A stretch of DNA of 63,508 nucleotides, the filler included, from Octopus bimaculoides (taxonomy: Eukaryota): the NCBI RefSeq assembly GCF_001194135.2. It is 6 parts of 6 records of this genome, joined end to end, with 100 filler letters (N's around TTAATTAATTAA, not from the genome) between each part and the next. Parts side by side here need not be neighbours in the genome. Positions count along the whole stretch, not along the records: positions 1 to 6,040 come from NC_068982.1; positions 6,141 to 16,090 come from NC_068985.1; 4 more parts are not named here. One strand, 5' to 3'. A program made the translations under genes and the position numbers. The notes under the pieces were generated by a model that was not told where the DNA came from, ran no database searches, and saw only the letters and a list, made by a program, of their open reading frames with translations. Shown one piece after another: positions 1-13,158 of the stretch. Every line of letters begins with the position of its first letter. Positions within the stretch are counted from its first letter, which is position 1.

Positions 1-279
1 GTCCACCAAGCATTTCATGAATGAAAACATTTTCATGAAATTCTTCTGATATATACATTCATTTAGTCCATCGTACATGCACTTAGTAAACTATCTAATA
101 CGAATATATCGGCTAAGTTAATAGGGGAAATAAAGATGCATGTTCTATATATGTTCGTTCGCGCACATACATATATTGAATTATATATATGTATGCAAAC
201 ATACTGTATATATACAGCCCCAACCAACATAGACACAAACGCATATACATATATATATATACGTATGTATGGCTCTGTG

Positions 280-332
<53 letters not shown>

Positions 333-3300
333 ATATTGATATATACATATATATGTGTGTGTGTGCATATACGGAGCAAATACTTCACGCATAAAGTAAT
401 TGATGAAAATAATAATTTTTGTGAATTATTTGCTCCGTATCAAAATTATTTTCACACTGGTGGCTAACATGATTCAGCAGAAAACGAATCAGTTGCAGCG
501 CAGATTTCAACATGACGGGTTGGGGCTCTCCATCATGGTAACGCATGCTGAGGAGGGTGAGGCTGTTATGCTAATCCAGAAACAGGTCTGCGTGAGTCCA
601 ATTGTGAATATATGCTGAGAGATTGTCTTGGCCCGTTTGCCTTCGGACGGTTGATTTCTGTAGTTATCGTCAGTGTATTTTGGAGATTCAAATAAGAGTT
701 TTGACTGTTATTTCCAGCAGGTAGACATATTTAGTATGTCCTTTGATTAATTTTAATCCTTCAGTTATATATATATATATATCAGTACATATGTAAGTCA
801 AAGTATATTTAAGAAGATTGAGTATGCCGGAATGTGTGGGTGTGAATGTGTATTGCATCTAACTGTTATATTATTATGAAGGACGAACTAATATTATTGA
901 CTTGAGATATATGAACAATAATTCAGTAATTCTACGTTGGAAGGTTCATTGTATCTCTGGAATTATGCAGCCAAATATATATATATATATATATATATAT
1001 ANNNNNNNNNNNNNNNNNNNNNNNNNNNNNNNNNNNNNNNNNNNNNNNNNNNNNNNNNNNNNNNNNNNNNNNNNNNNNNNNNNNNNNNNNNNNNNNNNNN
1101 NNNNNNCCAGTATGTTGAAGAAATATTGGCTGTTTTTGTTGTTTTGTTCTTGTTAAAATTGATTTTTCATTGATTTTGATATTATTATTATTATCATTAT
1201 TATTAATATTATTGTTATTATTATTATTATTAATAGTATTATCATTATTATTATTATCATAATTTTATTAGTGGCTTGATTATTATCGTTAATATTAATA
1301 AATAATTAATAATGATAATTATTATTATTAATTATGTATTTGATTTCATAATCACGGGTTGAATGTAAACGAGAAATCAAAATGTAAAAATAGCATAAAC
1401 ATTGTGTTGATAAAATATGTTTCCACTATTAGATGAAATTGAAAGTTCATTTATTGTTTCATAAATAGAATTTTAGAAAAAATATCCATGTTTTAATCTG
1501 AAAATGAATGTCTTTCAACAGATATATTTTACATAATTACATAAGTTTGAAAATGCAAATTTTATCTAACATTCTTCCATTTATTCATTTACTAGCTGCA
1601 ATCTTCCATATAATGTTTTTAATTTTTCTCCTGTTTTTTTTTCTTTAAGTTTATATATATTTTTTTCTTCATAAAATTATATTTTCGCAGTCAGCGATTC
1701 AATGGAATACCTACATATTTTTAATATATTTAAAAAGAAAACATATTTTTTACTGCGTAAATTATCATCAGTTGAAATAAGGCATTTGTTTTAATCGAAT
1801 GAGGAACAGATATAGAAAAAGACATAACGATACAAAATAGTCGAAAAACAACAATTTATTGTATATGGCAAGTATTATTCGAAACTGTTCGTTGGTGTTA
1901 TCAAGATCTTGCTAATGGATTTATGCAGACAACAATCCGAGTATTATATACCATTAACAAATAATTCAAAGTGAAAAGCTAGTAGATATGATCGATAGAG
2001 GAGAGTGTTAACACATATTGCATAGCTCTGCATAGTTTCGAGCCTCTATGTTACATCAGATTTGTGATATAAAATCGTGCGCGGTCGACTTTAATTTCAT
2101 CCCTCCAAAGAAAACATCAAAACAGATAAATAAATATCAGTGACATGAATATCGGATCAATCTACCTTAGACCTCATTAGCCCTCAGTTCTTCATGTTAA
2201 CTTATTTATATATGACAAGTAATGTATGTGTATGTACAACCAATAAGTAATAAAAGGAATCAAAGTGTCAATATTTACCCCATATACATTTATATATATA
2301 TATATATATGCGTGTGTGTGCGTGCGTGTATGTGTGTGTGTGTGTGTGTGTATATGTACGCATATATATATATATATGTATATTTAAATAAGCGTATTCC
2401 CATAAGCGTGTATATATTGGGATATAATGTGTGAAAGAATGTGTGAAGGAACAGCAATATACATGCATGAATAAATTCAGTATATTTGTGAGGGTGTATA
2501 TGAATGTTTATGCGCTTTAATTGCGTGGTATTGGTTTTATTATTATTATTATCTCAGCTGTGGACATTACAAATAGTGAACTATATAAGTTACGGTGGAA
2601 ACAGCGAGACAGTATTGATATATATTGTTTCCAATACATTGTAGAAATAGTGTTTCACTACATCGTGTTACCAGACAACCCACGCATGGACATTCTCGTA
2701 CTTACATATACGCCTTGGTTTATAATGACATAGATGTGAAGCCTTATTCATTTGCATGTATGTATATAAATCATTAGCGAGATGACTGTGTCAGTACATC
2801 ACACATATTACACACATAAATTTATGAACATGCATATAAATGTATGCATTTAATGCATTTACATATATGTGTGTGTATACATATACATACATACAGTGTG
2901 CATGTATATATACATACATGTGCATATATATATATGTATACATATATATGTATATATANNNNNNNNNNNNNNNNNNNNNNNNNNNNNNNNNNNNNNNNNN
3001 NNNNNNNNNNNNNNNNNNNNNNNNNNNNNNNNNNNNNNNNNNNNNNNNNNNNNNNNNNNNNNNNNNNNNNNNNNNNNNNNNNNNNNNNNNNNNNNNNNNN
3101 NNNNNNNNNNNNNNNNNNNNNNNTATATATTAGCTTGCGTGTGTGTATGGAAATCTACGGTCCACATGTGCGTGTTCAAGTGTATGCGTGTATTCGCACG
3201 TATATGCATAAGCATGGTACAAAAGATACCGTTACATGTGATTGTTTGTGAGTCTATGTTTATGTAAGTGCCGTGTGTCTCTGTTTTTAAGCTTGAAATC

Positions 3301-4204
3301 ACAGGGATTCATCTACCATCATATCTATGTGTCTTTGTGTATGCGCATTTAAGTATGTGTCTGTATGGGTATGCATGTACAAATATCTATGTTGATATTT
3401 ATGACTATATATATATATATATATATTATTATTAACCCATAAAAACAATTTAACACATAAATATATTCGTAGATGTGTATCTTTAAGGATATTAATCTGC
3501 AAGTTTACAGATAACTGTGAATGCAATATATGCAAATTACAAATACGTATTCATGTAAATTTGTACACGTTTGGTTTCTCTAGACTAAAATAAATTATTA
3601 ATTTTAGGATTTCATGTAAAACCACCGGAATGTTTCGCTTTAAGTTTTCAAAACTTTAACATGTAATTCGACAATTGATAATGAATTCCAAAATATTACC
3701 TATATTTCTCGGTTCCTGTAATTCGTTTGCAATGATTCGCAAATTTGACGTGGATTAACAATTATAACTATGTGATAAAAGAGCTCACATTCTACTTAAT
3801 GGAGAATAAATATAATGTGATACATATACCTCGTATTCTACTTAGTACGAAATAAACATCTATATATATTGCGTTTGGTGGTTCATCTTCCTCATTTACA
3901 TATGCATGTGTATATATACATGTAGTTGTAATACTAAGTAGTTCTAAGTTATATACAATAAGGCTTCCAAACATGTAGCAACATGTGTGCATGTATTTGT
4001 TTTAAAGCGTACATGTGATATTCCCTACACACAAACACACACACAGGTGTATCAGTCTATCTATCTGTCTGTCTATCTGTCTATATATATATATATATAT
4101 ACATACAAGTACATATACATACATACATACATATATGTATATATTGACCGTTGACTGAACACTATTCAGTTTTTTTCTCCGTGTTTTTCTCCTTGTCTCC
4201 GTAT

Positions 4205-4241
4205 CCTTTCTGTTGAAGAGCGTAGCTCGAAACGTCCAAGA
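4205..4241 (+). ncRNA. Hammerhead-ribozyme-like motif (minimal type I, atypical core) inside a dispersed repeat (~4150-4330)
   Basis: Reads CCTTT-CTGTTGA-A-GAGC(gta)GCTC-GAA-ACGT-C-CAAGA: 4-bp stem II, GAAA core, palindromic ACGT stem III, GUC triplet. The core is CUGUUGA rather than CUGANGA and stem I is imperfect. Confidence 0.4.
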
Positions 4242-4416
4242 CTTTCCGTATTCCTGAGAGTCATACTAATACATCCTTTTGTTATTTACACCACCTGTCT
4301 TCGTCTGTTGTTGTTTTTTCGTACATTTTCCCATATATATATATATATATACATTTTTATATATATTTATATATATAAACATATATGATATACATATATA
4401 TATATATATATTTATA

Positions 4417-4685
4417 TCGTGAAGTGTATTTGCCACCTAAATGTGGCTATTAACACACTGTATATGCCCTATCAGTGTTTGGAAGTGGAAATCATCGTTC
4501 CCAACTCCAGCCTGACGTGATACACACTTACGCAAGTTTCTACGTATTGACCCGTCATCAGCGTGTGACAACCAGCGCTTGTCGATGAAAAGTCGTTTAC
4601 AATGCAAGTATACATACGTTTTCCAGCAACAGTAGCATCAGCCCTTAATGGTTAGCCACATTTAGGCGGCAAATTTACTTCACGA
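4417..4685. mobile_element. MITE with 33-bp terminal inverted repeats (Tc1/mariner-like)
   Basis: Left TIR tcgtgaagtgtatttgccacctaaatgtggcta (4417-4449) matches the reverse complement of 4653-4685 with 3 mismatches. TA lies on the left flank and TG on the right. No ORF. Confidence 0.8.
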
Positions 4686-4775
4686 TGTCGTGCAGCTACC
4701 TCGCTCAGAGATTTATAATTGCATATATATATATAACGTTGGATATACACATAAACACACGCACTTTAAGATATA

Positions 4776-4817
<42 letters not shown>

Positions 4818-6084
4818 NNNNNNNNNNNNNNNNNNNNNNNNNNNNNNNNNNNNNNNNNNNNNNNNNNNNNNNNNNNNNNNNNNNNNNNNNNNNNNNNNNN
4901 NNNNNNNNNNNNNNNNNNNNNNNNNNNNNNNNNNNNNNNNNNNNNNNNNNNNNNNNNNNNNNNNNNNNNNNNNNNNNNNNNNNNNNNNNNNNNNNNNNNN
5001 NNNNNNNNNNNNNNNNNNNNNNNNNNNNNNNNNNNNNNNNNNNNAAACCGGTTATTTCTCCAAATACAATGTTTATATACCAAAACATTTTATAACATCT
5101 TTGTGACATAATTTAAATATATACTTTAACCATGTAACACAAGCCTTCTGTAGTTTTTTCACTCTTATTATCTTATATATATATATAGAAGGATTTATTT
5201 TTCGTAATGAGATGAAAAACCAAGGCTGTGTACATTATAGAACATTTATAAATAGGAAGTCTTATAGCTGTTTCCAGGATATTTATTATATCCCTTTATC
5301 GGAGACGGTGCGAGAGGATGCTTAAGTAATAGTTAATTTAGATAAGATAGGAAATAGAAAGTGAATGCAGGGATATTGTATTTATAAATCCATTGTTTAG
5401 GCAGAATGGTATACATATAAGATTCCAATACCTTGTGAGTAAAACATACATTGGGGGAGACAGATGCAGTTGAATAAGATCTGATTAAAATTCGTAGTAT
5501 GCTATAAAAAGCATACTACAATTATTGGCTAGAAATGACATTACATAATTGTAATGCTCTTCTTATTGCCTAAGCATCAGGAATTTCGTATCATTCATAG
5601 AGTTTATATAAAGAGCTGCATATAGAAAAATGGATTGAACGACATTCTTCATTCAAAATCTCCACAGCTGTTTCCACAAATCATTGCACCCGTAATATAC
5701 TGATGCCATAATATGGTTAACATATTGTGTAATCAGCATTATCCATCAAAACTGTAAGTTGTGTTTTTTCATGTGATTATTTTAAATAAACTCTTCGGTA
5801 GATCATATTATTTTACACTCTATGCGATTGAATACCCAAAGCTGTGAGCTATTTCCAGTAATTTGCAGATACAAATTTTAAAATAATGACCAAAAAAAAT
5901 GAATCTTACATCTTTGACCGATGGCTGTGATTACGATGTGTGGTAACAATTATAGAGTTTTTGAGTAAAATATGTCATCCAATCCATTTCCTTCTGTCTC
6001 TCTCTCTTTCTCCCTTATTCCCTCTCTCACTGTATATATANNNNNNNNNNNNNNNNNNNNNNNNNNNNNNNNNNNNNNNNNNNN

Positions 6085-6096
6085 TTAATTAATTAA
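6085..6096. other. Assembly gap linker TTAATTAATTAA (artefact); also at 16135-16146, 41025-41036, 54467-54478, 56748-56759
   Basis: The same 12-mer sits in the centre of 100-base gaps (44 N on each side) five times. Confidence 0.95.
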
Positions 6097-6626
6097 NNNN
6101 NNNNNNNNNNNNNNNNNNNNNNNNNNNNNNNNNNNNNNNNTGTCCTCCGCAGATAGATGTGGAGGTCATAACGTTGTCCGTGTTGCATAGGCTGAAGGGA
6201 CTTAATGAGGAATATCGCTTGTGGCCGGGCGACGCCGACACGTCACCCGCTTTGTGCTTAAATGAGGCGTGGACGATGACGGTAGATGTGGTCACAAGCG
6301 ATGCTGGGGTGGAATATGGATAAAAAGTTGAAATGCCTCAATGTTATGAATTGAGGAGGGGTTTGAAACCTCATTTTGTTTAAAACAAAGTAAGAGGCGT
6401 AATGCCTCCTTTTTGTATCAATGAACATTGCGAACAGTGTAAGAGGCTTGTTGCCTCATATTTAAGAGAACAATATTTTCGGGGATCAGACAGTCGGCGG
6501 GCGCTGCTTGTTTCCCTCATTTATTCATTAATCATCATTTTTTCATTCACATAACATTATGTCTATGTCCAGCCCGCAGCTTCCCTTTTTCTGTTTGCGG
6601 CCTTTATGGTCAATCGTGATGAAATA

Positions 6627-7187
6627 AAGAAGCTTGCTTCCCAACCATATGGTTCCAGGTTCAGTCCCACTGTGTGGCACTTTCAGCAAGTGCCTAGTAT
6701 AGCCTCGGGCCGACCAAAGCCTTGTGAATGGGTTTGGTAAACGGAAACTGAAAGAAGTCCATCGTGTGTNNNNNNNNNNNNNNNNNNNNNNNNNNNNNNN
6801 NNNNNNNNNNNNNNNNNNNNNNNNNNNNNNNNNNNNNNNNNNNNNNNNNNNNNNNNNNNNNNNNNNNNNNNNNNNNNNNNNNNNNNNNNNNNNNNNNNNN
6901 NNNNNNNNNNNNNNNNNNNNNNNNNNNNNNNNNNNNNNNNNNNNNNNNNNNNNNTGTGTGTGTGTGTGTATGTATGTATGTTAGTGTGTTTGTGTCCCCC
7001 CCCCCCCACATCGCTTGATAACCGATGCTGGCGTGTTTACATCCCTGAAATTTAGCGGTTTGGCCAAAGAGACCGATAGAATAAGCACTAGGCTTACAAA
7101 GCATAAATCCTAGGGTCGATTTTTTCGACTAAAATCCTTTAAGGTGGTGCTCCAGCATGGCCGTAGTCAAGTGACTGAAACAAGTAA
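6627..7187 (+). mobile_element. tRNA-derived SINE, family A (5'-truncated, internal microsatellite gap)
   Basis: Collinear with copies at 17703 and 39623 (gcttgcttcccaacca..., gaccgatagaataag..., ctccagcatggcc...actgaaac). Confidence 0.85.
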
Positions 7188-7490
7188 TGAGATTGCACCT
7201 TGAAAGTTACCCTCCAAGGTACAAGTCCTGGCAAGGTGTTCATGGAAGATCAGCGGTCGCTGATGCATACCGGCCTCCCCTCTCCACGTCACCAGTGTTA
7301 TCCAACGGAAAGGCAAAGGCTGATACAGCTTGGCACCAGTGACGTCACAACTCATTTCTATAGCTGAGTGAACTGGAGCAATGTGAAATAAATTGTCTTG
7401 CTCAAGAATACAACACACGGCCCGGTCCGGGAATCGCACTTACTACCTCATGATTGTGTGCCCGACGCTCTAACCACTGAGCCATGCGCC
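7188..7490 (-). mobile_element. tRNA-derived SINE, family C
   Basis: Minus strand begins ggcgcatggctcagtggttagagc (A-box). Matches 61790-62065 and 63197-63493. Confidence 0.85.
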
Positions 7491-7640
7491 CCCCTCTCTC
7501 TCTTTCTTTCTCCCCCTCTCCCTCTCTCCCTCTCTCTCTCTCTCTCTCGCTCACACACACACACACACACACACACGTAAATTTGTGTGTGTGTGTACTA
7601 TTGAAATATATATATTATATATATAATAAATATCTATTAT

Positions 7641-7826
7641 CTTTTATTTGTTTCAATCATTAGACTGTGGTACTGCCTTGAAGAATTTTTGGTTGAATGA
7701 ATCGACCCCAATTCTTTCTTTTAAGCCCGGTATTTATTCTATTGTGCTATTTTGCTGAAGCGTCAAATTACAGGGGCGTAAACAAACCAATGCCAGTTGT
7801 AAAGCGGTGGTTGGTGGAGACAAATA
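7641..7826 (-). mobile_element. SINE family A, diverged 3' half
   Basis: Reverse-complement similarity to the 3' half of the 39623-40034 copy. Confidence 0.65.
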
Positions 7827-8034
7827 CATTTAATATCACATTCTGAAACCTGATTTTAAAGACACTACTCAGTAATGATTTCGGTAATTCAAGCGACCTT
7901 CCGAAATTACTTATAAATCTGAAATTTAATTGGATGCCTTCCACAATGTTTGTGTTTGTAGCAACAATCCTAACCTAGATATGTGATCAATGATCTAATG
8001 TAACCCTCTAACTTGTTGAGAAATGAGCTCCGCA

Positions 8035-8065
8035 ACGTAGGGTCGCTGCTGCAGCGACCCTACGT
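8035..8065. repeat. Perfect 31-bp GC-rich palindrome (15-bp arms, 1-nt spacer)
   Basis: ACGTAGGGTCGCTGC-T-GCAGCGACCCTACGT. Confidence 0.95.
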
Positions 8066-9608
8066 CATGTCCTCAAGATTCGGCTGTTATGGGGTGTTTC
8101 CCTCACCATCTTCTGCTGCCTAATCCCTCTTTTCTTTTTCTTTGTTTTCTTGTAAATTAAATTGTGATCCAATTTCATGCAAATAAAAAAAAAAGAAGCA
8201 AAAACAAAAATTTGTTGACTGTTTCCAACTTGATCAGAGTTATGAACATTCTGGTTCTAAATGAAAAGTCTAGTCTTTGAGATACTTTTGTTGATATGAT
8301 ACACGTGAGGTCACATCGAGTTTTAATTAAGAACTGGGAAACCCAACACTTTGTATTAAGTTTGAGGGTTCAGATGTGTACTATATTTTCACGACTTTCA
8401 TGACTGTAACCATTGTGTTTTGGTGCTGATGACGGGGATAGCTTATAATGACACCATTGGAGTGGAAATATGCATTCAAATCTTTCGTTGAAATGTGTCA
8501 TAACCTGTCACTATTGTGGCTAAGTGAAGCTTAGAGAAGGAAATTAAGAATGTGTAGTAAAATGAGATGGATTTAACTGGAGGGTGGGGGTCTTAGTTAC
8601 AGCTCAATTTTGGTTTAGAAGTACTGATTGAGAAGGATTCTGTAAAGTTATAAGAAATTCTTTTGGAAAGAGATCTGAAGACTCAACAACAATTTGGGAG
8701 GTAAAGGAAATTTCAGAATATACAATGGTTTTGCTGCCTTCATGATTATATTGTAGGTGTTGTGGTCGGGTTAGTAGTTTCCTGCAGGTGTGGCTGAGTG
8801 GTGGGTATGAATCTTTAGGTTAACTGAGATGGATCAAAGTTGAGTCACATTTTTTACAAGGGAGATGCAGAGGATTGTAGAGACAACAGTTGTACATCAG
8901 GATGGTGTGCTGTGTGGTACTGGTTAGATATTCTAAAGAGGAAAGAGATTATGATGGCAAGATAATGCCAAAATTTAGGGGTAAATATACAGATGAAGAT
9001 TGCATGGAGAGATGGTGTGTCGATCATGGATATATTATTGAGTGAGGATAGTAAATGATGTAAAATGTCAAGCGCGTATGGTGAAAGGTGAATATTGTTC
9101 AGAATACAATCAATTCATTCTACACACATGTATGTTGGAGAGTGAAGTGGTGTCCTCGATGTAAAATATAACTGATGTTGGTTGAAGGAACTGGAGCGAA
9201 GTTAGAGACATCAAATGATTGTAGAAGTATGAAAAGGAGAATTCTTTGGAAGTTTTCACTTGTGACATCCACAGATAAGTGGAGTGAGTGTAGTAAGGTG
9301 AGTGGAGTTTAACAATTAGGGTTGAGGGTGGAGACCAGACATGAGAGAGAGGCAGAAGATAGGGAAAGAGAGGGATGTAGCTTGCATGCTATCACGTGGC
9401 AGTAGGTGGTGCCTTTGTTGGGGGAGATAGAGTGGTGCATATATATGATAGATATGTGTGAATGTGTATACACACATCAACACACAGACATACACATACA
9501 CTCACACACAAACGCACACACACACACATATACAAATTGTTATTTAAAATAGTTTGATTTGTATATATATAAACATAAATAATGTGTATGTGTGTGTATG
9601 TAAATCTG

Positions 9609-9665
<57 letters not shown>

Positions 9666-10398
9666 AAGGTGTATATATGTATATATGGATGTGTGTGTGT
9701 GTATATATATGTATGTTTATACACACACACACACAAGCTTTCATATACATAGATACAAACATACTCAGACATACATGTTACACGAAATGCTTTTCTTTTG
9801 ACGAGGCAATAGTGGTGGTGGTTGCGGCGGCGGCGGTGGTGAGGCCCGGTGAAATATATCTGTGATGACTGTTTCTTAACAACAAGTAAGCCTGTCATGT
9901 GAGAGTAGGCTGCAGTTTGCTATAGCTGTAGATGGTGCAATTGTGAGGAGAGAATTCCTACTCGTGTGCAGCAACTAATGAACGAGTTAGGGCAGCAGCT
10001 GTTCGCATCTAACACATATATGATCATCATTTTTGGTGAACGAAGGTGCCAACAGGTGGGCATTAATTTAATGAGAGAATTTGGAAAGTGAAGGAGAATA
10101 TCGCATTTTCGTTTATTTTACCAGGAAATCCCCAGAAACTAAAAAAAGTATGTCTAAAATAAAATAAAACAAAACGTTATTAACAGTTCTGAGGGAGGCA
10201 CTGAGTGACAGTGCCGGTAGAGTGTTTGAGATGGGGTGTAACTGCTGTATTTAGTTTCGTCTCTTTCTCTTCTGAGTTCACTTTCCACCAAGTGTCATTG
10301 TTACACTTCAACTTTTCGTGGGTCGATGATTGCAGAATATGGTACCTTTCAATCATCGATTTAATTGAATACATCCATCACATAGCATTTGCTTTGAC

Positions 10399-10755
10399 GG
10401 CGGCTTGGCAGAATCGTTAGTGTGTCGAATAAAATGCTTCGCGATATTTGTTCCAGCTCTTTATGATTTGAGTTCAAATCCTACCGAGACCAATTTTGCT
10501 TTTGGTCCTTCCGGGGTCGATAAAATAAAGTACTAGTCAAGTACTAGGGTCAGAGTAATCAACTAATCTCCTCTGATGAAAACAAAATTAGAAATTAGCA
10601 TTATCATGGCGTCGAGCTGACAAAATCGTTTGCACTTTGGAAATAGTACTTAGCAGTAATTCTTCTGGCTCTTTACGTTCAGAGTTCAAATCCCGCTGAG
10701 GTCAACTTTGCCTTTTATCCTTTCAGGATCGATAAAATAAGCACCAGTCAAGTAC
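10399..10755 (+). mobile_element. Two tandem diverged SINE family B copies (~10399-10570, ~10612-10755)
   Basis: Shared head gctggcagaatcgttag and core gagttcaaatcc...ctttgcc..tcatcctt..ggggtcgataaa.taagtac. Confidence 0.8.
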
Positions 10756-10987
10756 TTATTTCATCCATCTTCTCATATGTGTGTGTATGTATATATATAT
10801 ATATATAATGATAGAAAAATAAGTCAGAAAATGGAGCGATCTTTATTTATTTATCTATTAATTTAATCGTCCATAATATCAATTTTTAAACCCTGGTACA
10901 TTTTTGCCGAACCACTGAGTTACTGGGATTATAATCAAACCAACACTGGTTGTGAAGAGGTGGTGAGGAGACAAGCACAAGCCCAGA

Positions 10988-11066
<79 letters not shown>

Positions 11067-12038
11067 NNNNNNNNNNNNNNNNNNNNNNNNNNNNNNNNNN
11101 NNNNNNNNNNNNNNNNNNNNNNNNNNNNNNNNNNNNNNNNNNNNNNNNNNNNNNNNNNNNNNNNNNNNNNNNNNNNNNNNNNNNNNNNNNNNNNNNNNNN
11201 NNNNNNNNNNNNNNNNNNNNNNNNNNNNNNNNNNNNNNNNNNNNNNNNNNNNNNNNNNNNNNNNNNNNNNNNNNNNNNNNNNNNNNNNNNNNNNNNNNNN
11301 NNNNNNNNNNNNNNNNNNNNNNNNNNNNNNNNNNNNNNNNNNNNNNNNNNNNNNNNNNNNNNNNNNNNNNNNNNNNNNNNNNNNNNNNNNNNNNNNNNNN
11401 NNNNNNNNNNNNNNNNNNNNNNNNNNNNNNNNNNNNNNNNNNNNNNNNNNNNNNNNNNNNNNNNNNNNNNNNNNNNNNNNNNNNNNNNNNNNNNNNNNNN
11501 NNNNNNNNNNNNNNNNNNNNNNNNNNNNNNNNNNNNNNNNNNNNNNNNNNNNNNNNNNNNNNNNNNNNNNNNNNNNNNNNNNNNNNNNNNNNNNNNNNNN
11601 NNNNNNNNNNNNNNNNNNNNNNNNNNNNNNNNNNNNNNNNNNNNNNNNNNNNNNNNNNNNNNNNNNNNNNNNNNNNNNNNNNNNNNNNNNNNNNNNNNNN
11701 NNNNNNNNNNNNNNNNNNNNNNNNNNNNNNNNNNNNNNNNNNNNNNNNNNNNNNNNNNNNNNNNNNNNNNNNNNNNNNNNNNNNNNNNNNNNNNNNNNNN
11801 NNNNNNNNNNNNNNNNNNNNNNNNNNNNNNNNNNNNNNNNNNNNNNNNNNNNNNNNNNNNNNNNNNNNNNNNNNNNNNNNNNNNNNNNNNNNNNNNNNNN
11901 NNNNNNNNNNNNNNNNNNNNNNNNNNNNNNNNNNNNNNNNNNNNNNNNNNNNNNNNNNNNNNNNNNNNNNNNNNNNNNNNNNNNNNNNNNNNNNNNNNNN
12001 NNNNNNNNNNNNNNNNNNNNNNNNNNNNNNNNNNNNNN

Positions 12039-12094
<56 letters not shown>

Positions 12095-12463
12095 ACAGAC
12101 ACACAGACACACACACACACACATAACGTTCATATACATACATATAGATAAAGAGAGCGACAGAGAGAGTAACACTTACTGGTTCATCTTTAACCTAGAA
12201 TGAACGTAGCGGAAGCAAAAAGAAAAAGAAAAAAAGAAAAACAGTGCATGTAAAAGAATGCTTCATCCTTCACCATTTAATGTTTGTATGGAAGGAGTTG
12301 AGTAGTATCGAGGGAGAATAGTATATCTCAGTCTAACTTCATCACCGCAGAATCCGGTGTTAAGCAGAGACTTCATGACTTATTGGAGAATTAAATTCTT
12401 AACAATTATTAACAGTTGTTTAAAGGGGAAGATATCTATTCACTGAAGCGCTTCCATGTGAGT

Positions 12464-12503
<40 letters not shown>

Positions 12504-12655
12504 GTGTGCGTGTGCGCACGCGCGCGTTGTAAGTATATATGTGCACGTATGTATGTATATGTGTGTATGTATATATATTCTTGCCAAATAAAAACACGCA
12601 CTACATATTCGTTCTTCACTCGTTTATTACTGTTCTTATTTTAACTGATGTCCAT

Positions 12656-12700
12656 TGTCCGGAAGTGTTTCATCACGCATTTGTGACCTCTTCAGCGACA
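12656..12700 (-). ncRNA. Degenerate minimal type I hammerhead-like motif, second family
   Basis: Minus strand reads TGTCG-CTGAAGA-G-GTCAC(aaatgc)GTGAT-GAAAC-AC-TTC-CGGACA. The core and 5-bp stem II are intact, stem III is broken, stem I has a bulge, and AATAAA follows about 30 nt downstream. Confidence 0.4.
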
Positions 12701-13092
12701 CTTTCCGTCTTCCTGTATTCTCCTGGTCTGCCTAGTCATTACATATATACATACATACATACATACATACATACAACGCATCCATAAAACAAACATACAA
12801 ATCTGCGCATACACTAACACCAAATACTGCACACACACACATGCACAAATACCTAGATGATGTTGATAAAAGTTCCAATGAAGGAGTCTTGAATCTATGT
12901 TAGAGTCCGGCTCTTTCTCTATGGACAAGAAATACAGAAATGAAACTGATTGATAACATACATACATACATATGTATGTAATATAGTTTGGGAAGTGCCC
13001 TTGAGTCACTCTCTTACTTCTAAATATTTATAAAAATATACATATACTCACTCATAGTTTGAGTTCTATTTTTCCTGTTTGCATCACTATAC

Positions 13093-13158
<66 letters not shown>

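Noticed and set aside
400-700. GC-richer patch with a 72-aa ORF
   Set aside because: No recognisable motif, splice boundaries or second copy.
8400-9340. Strand-biased region with a minus-strand FYIEDT (YIDD-like) string suggesting a Penelope-like reverse transcriptase relic
   Set aside because: Flanking RT motifs could not be recovered in any frame by eye. It needs TBLASTN against Penelope-like proteins.
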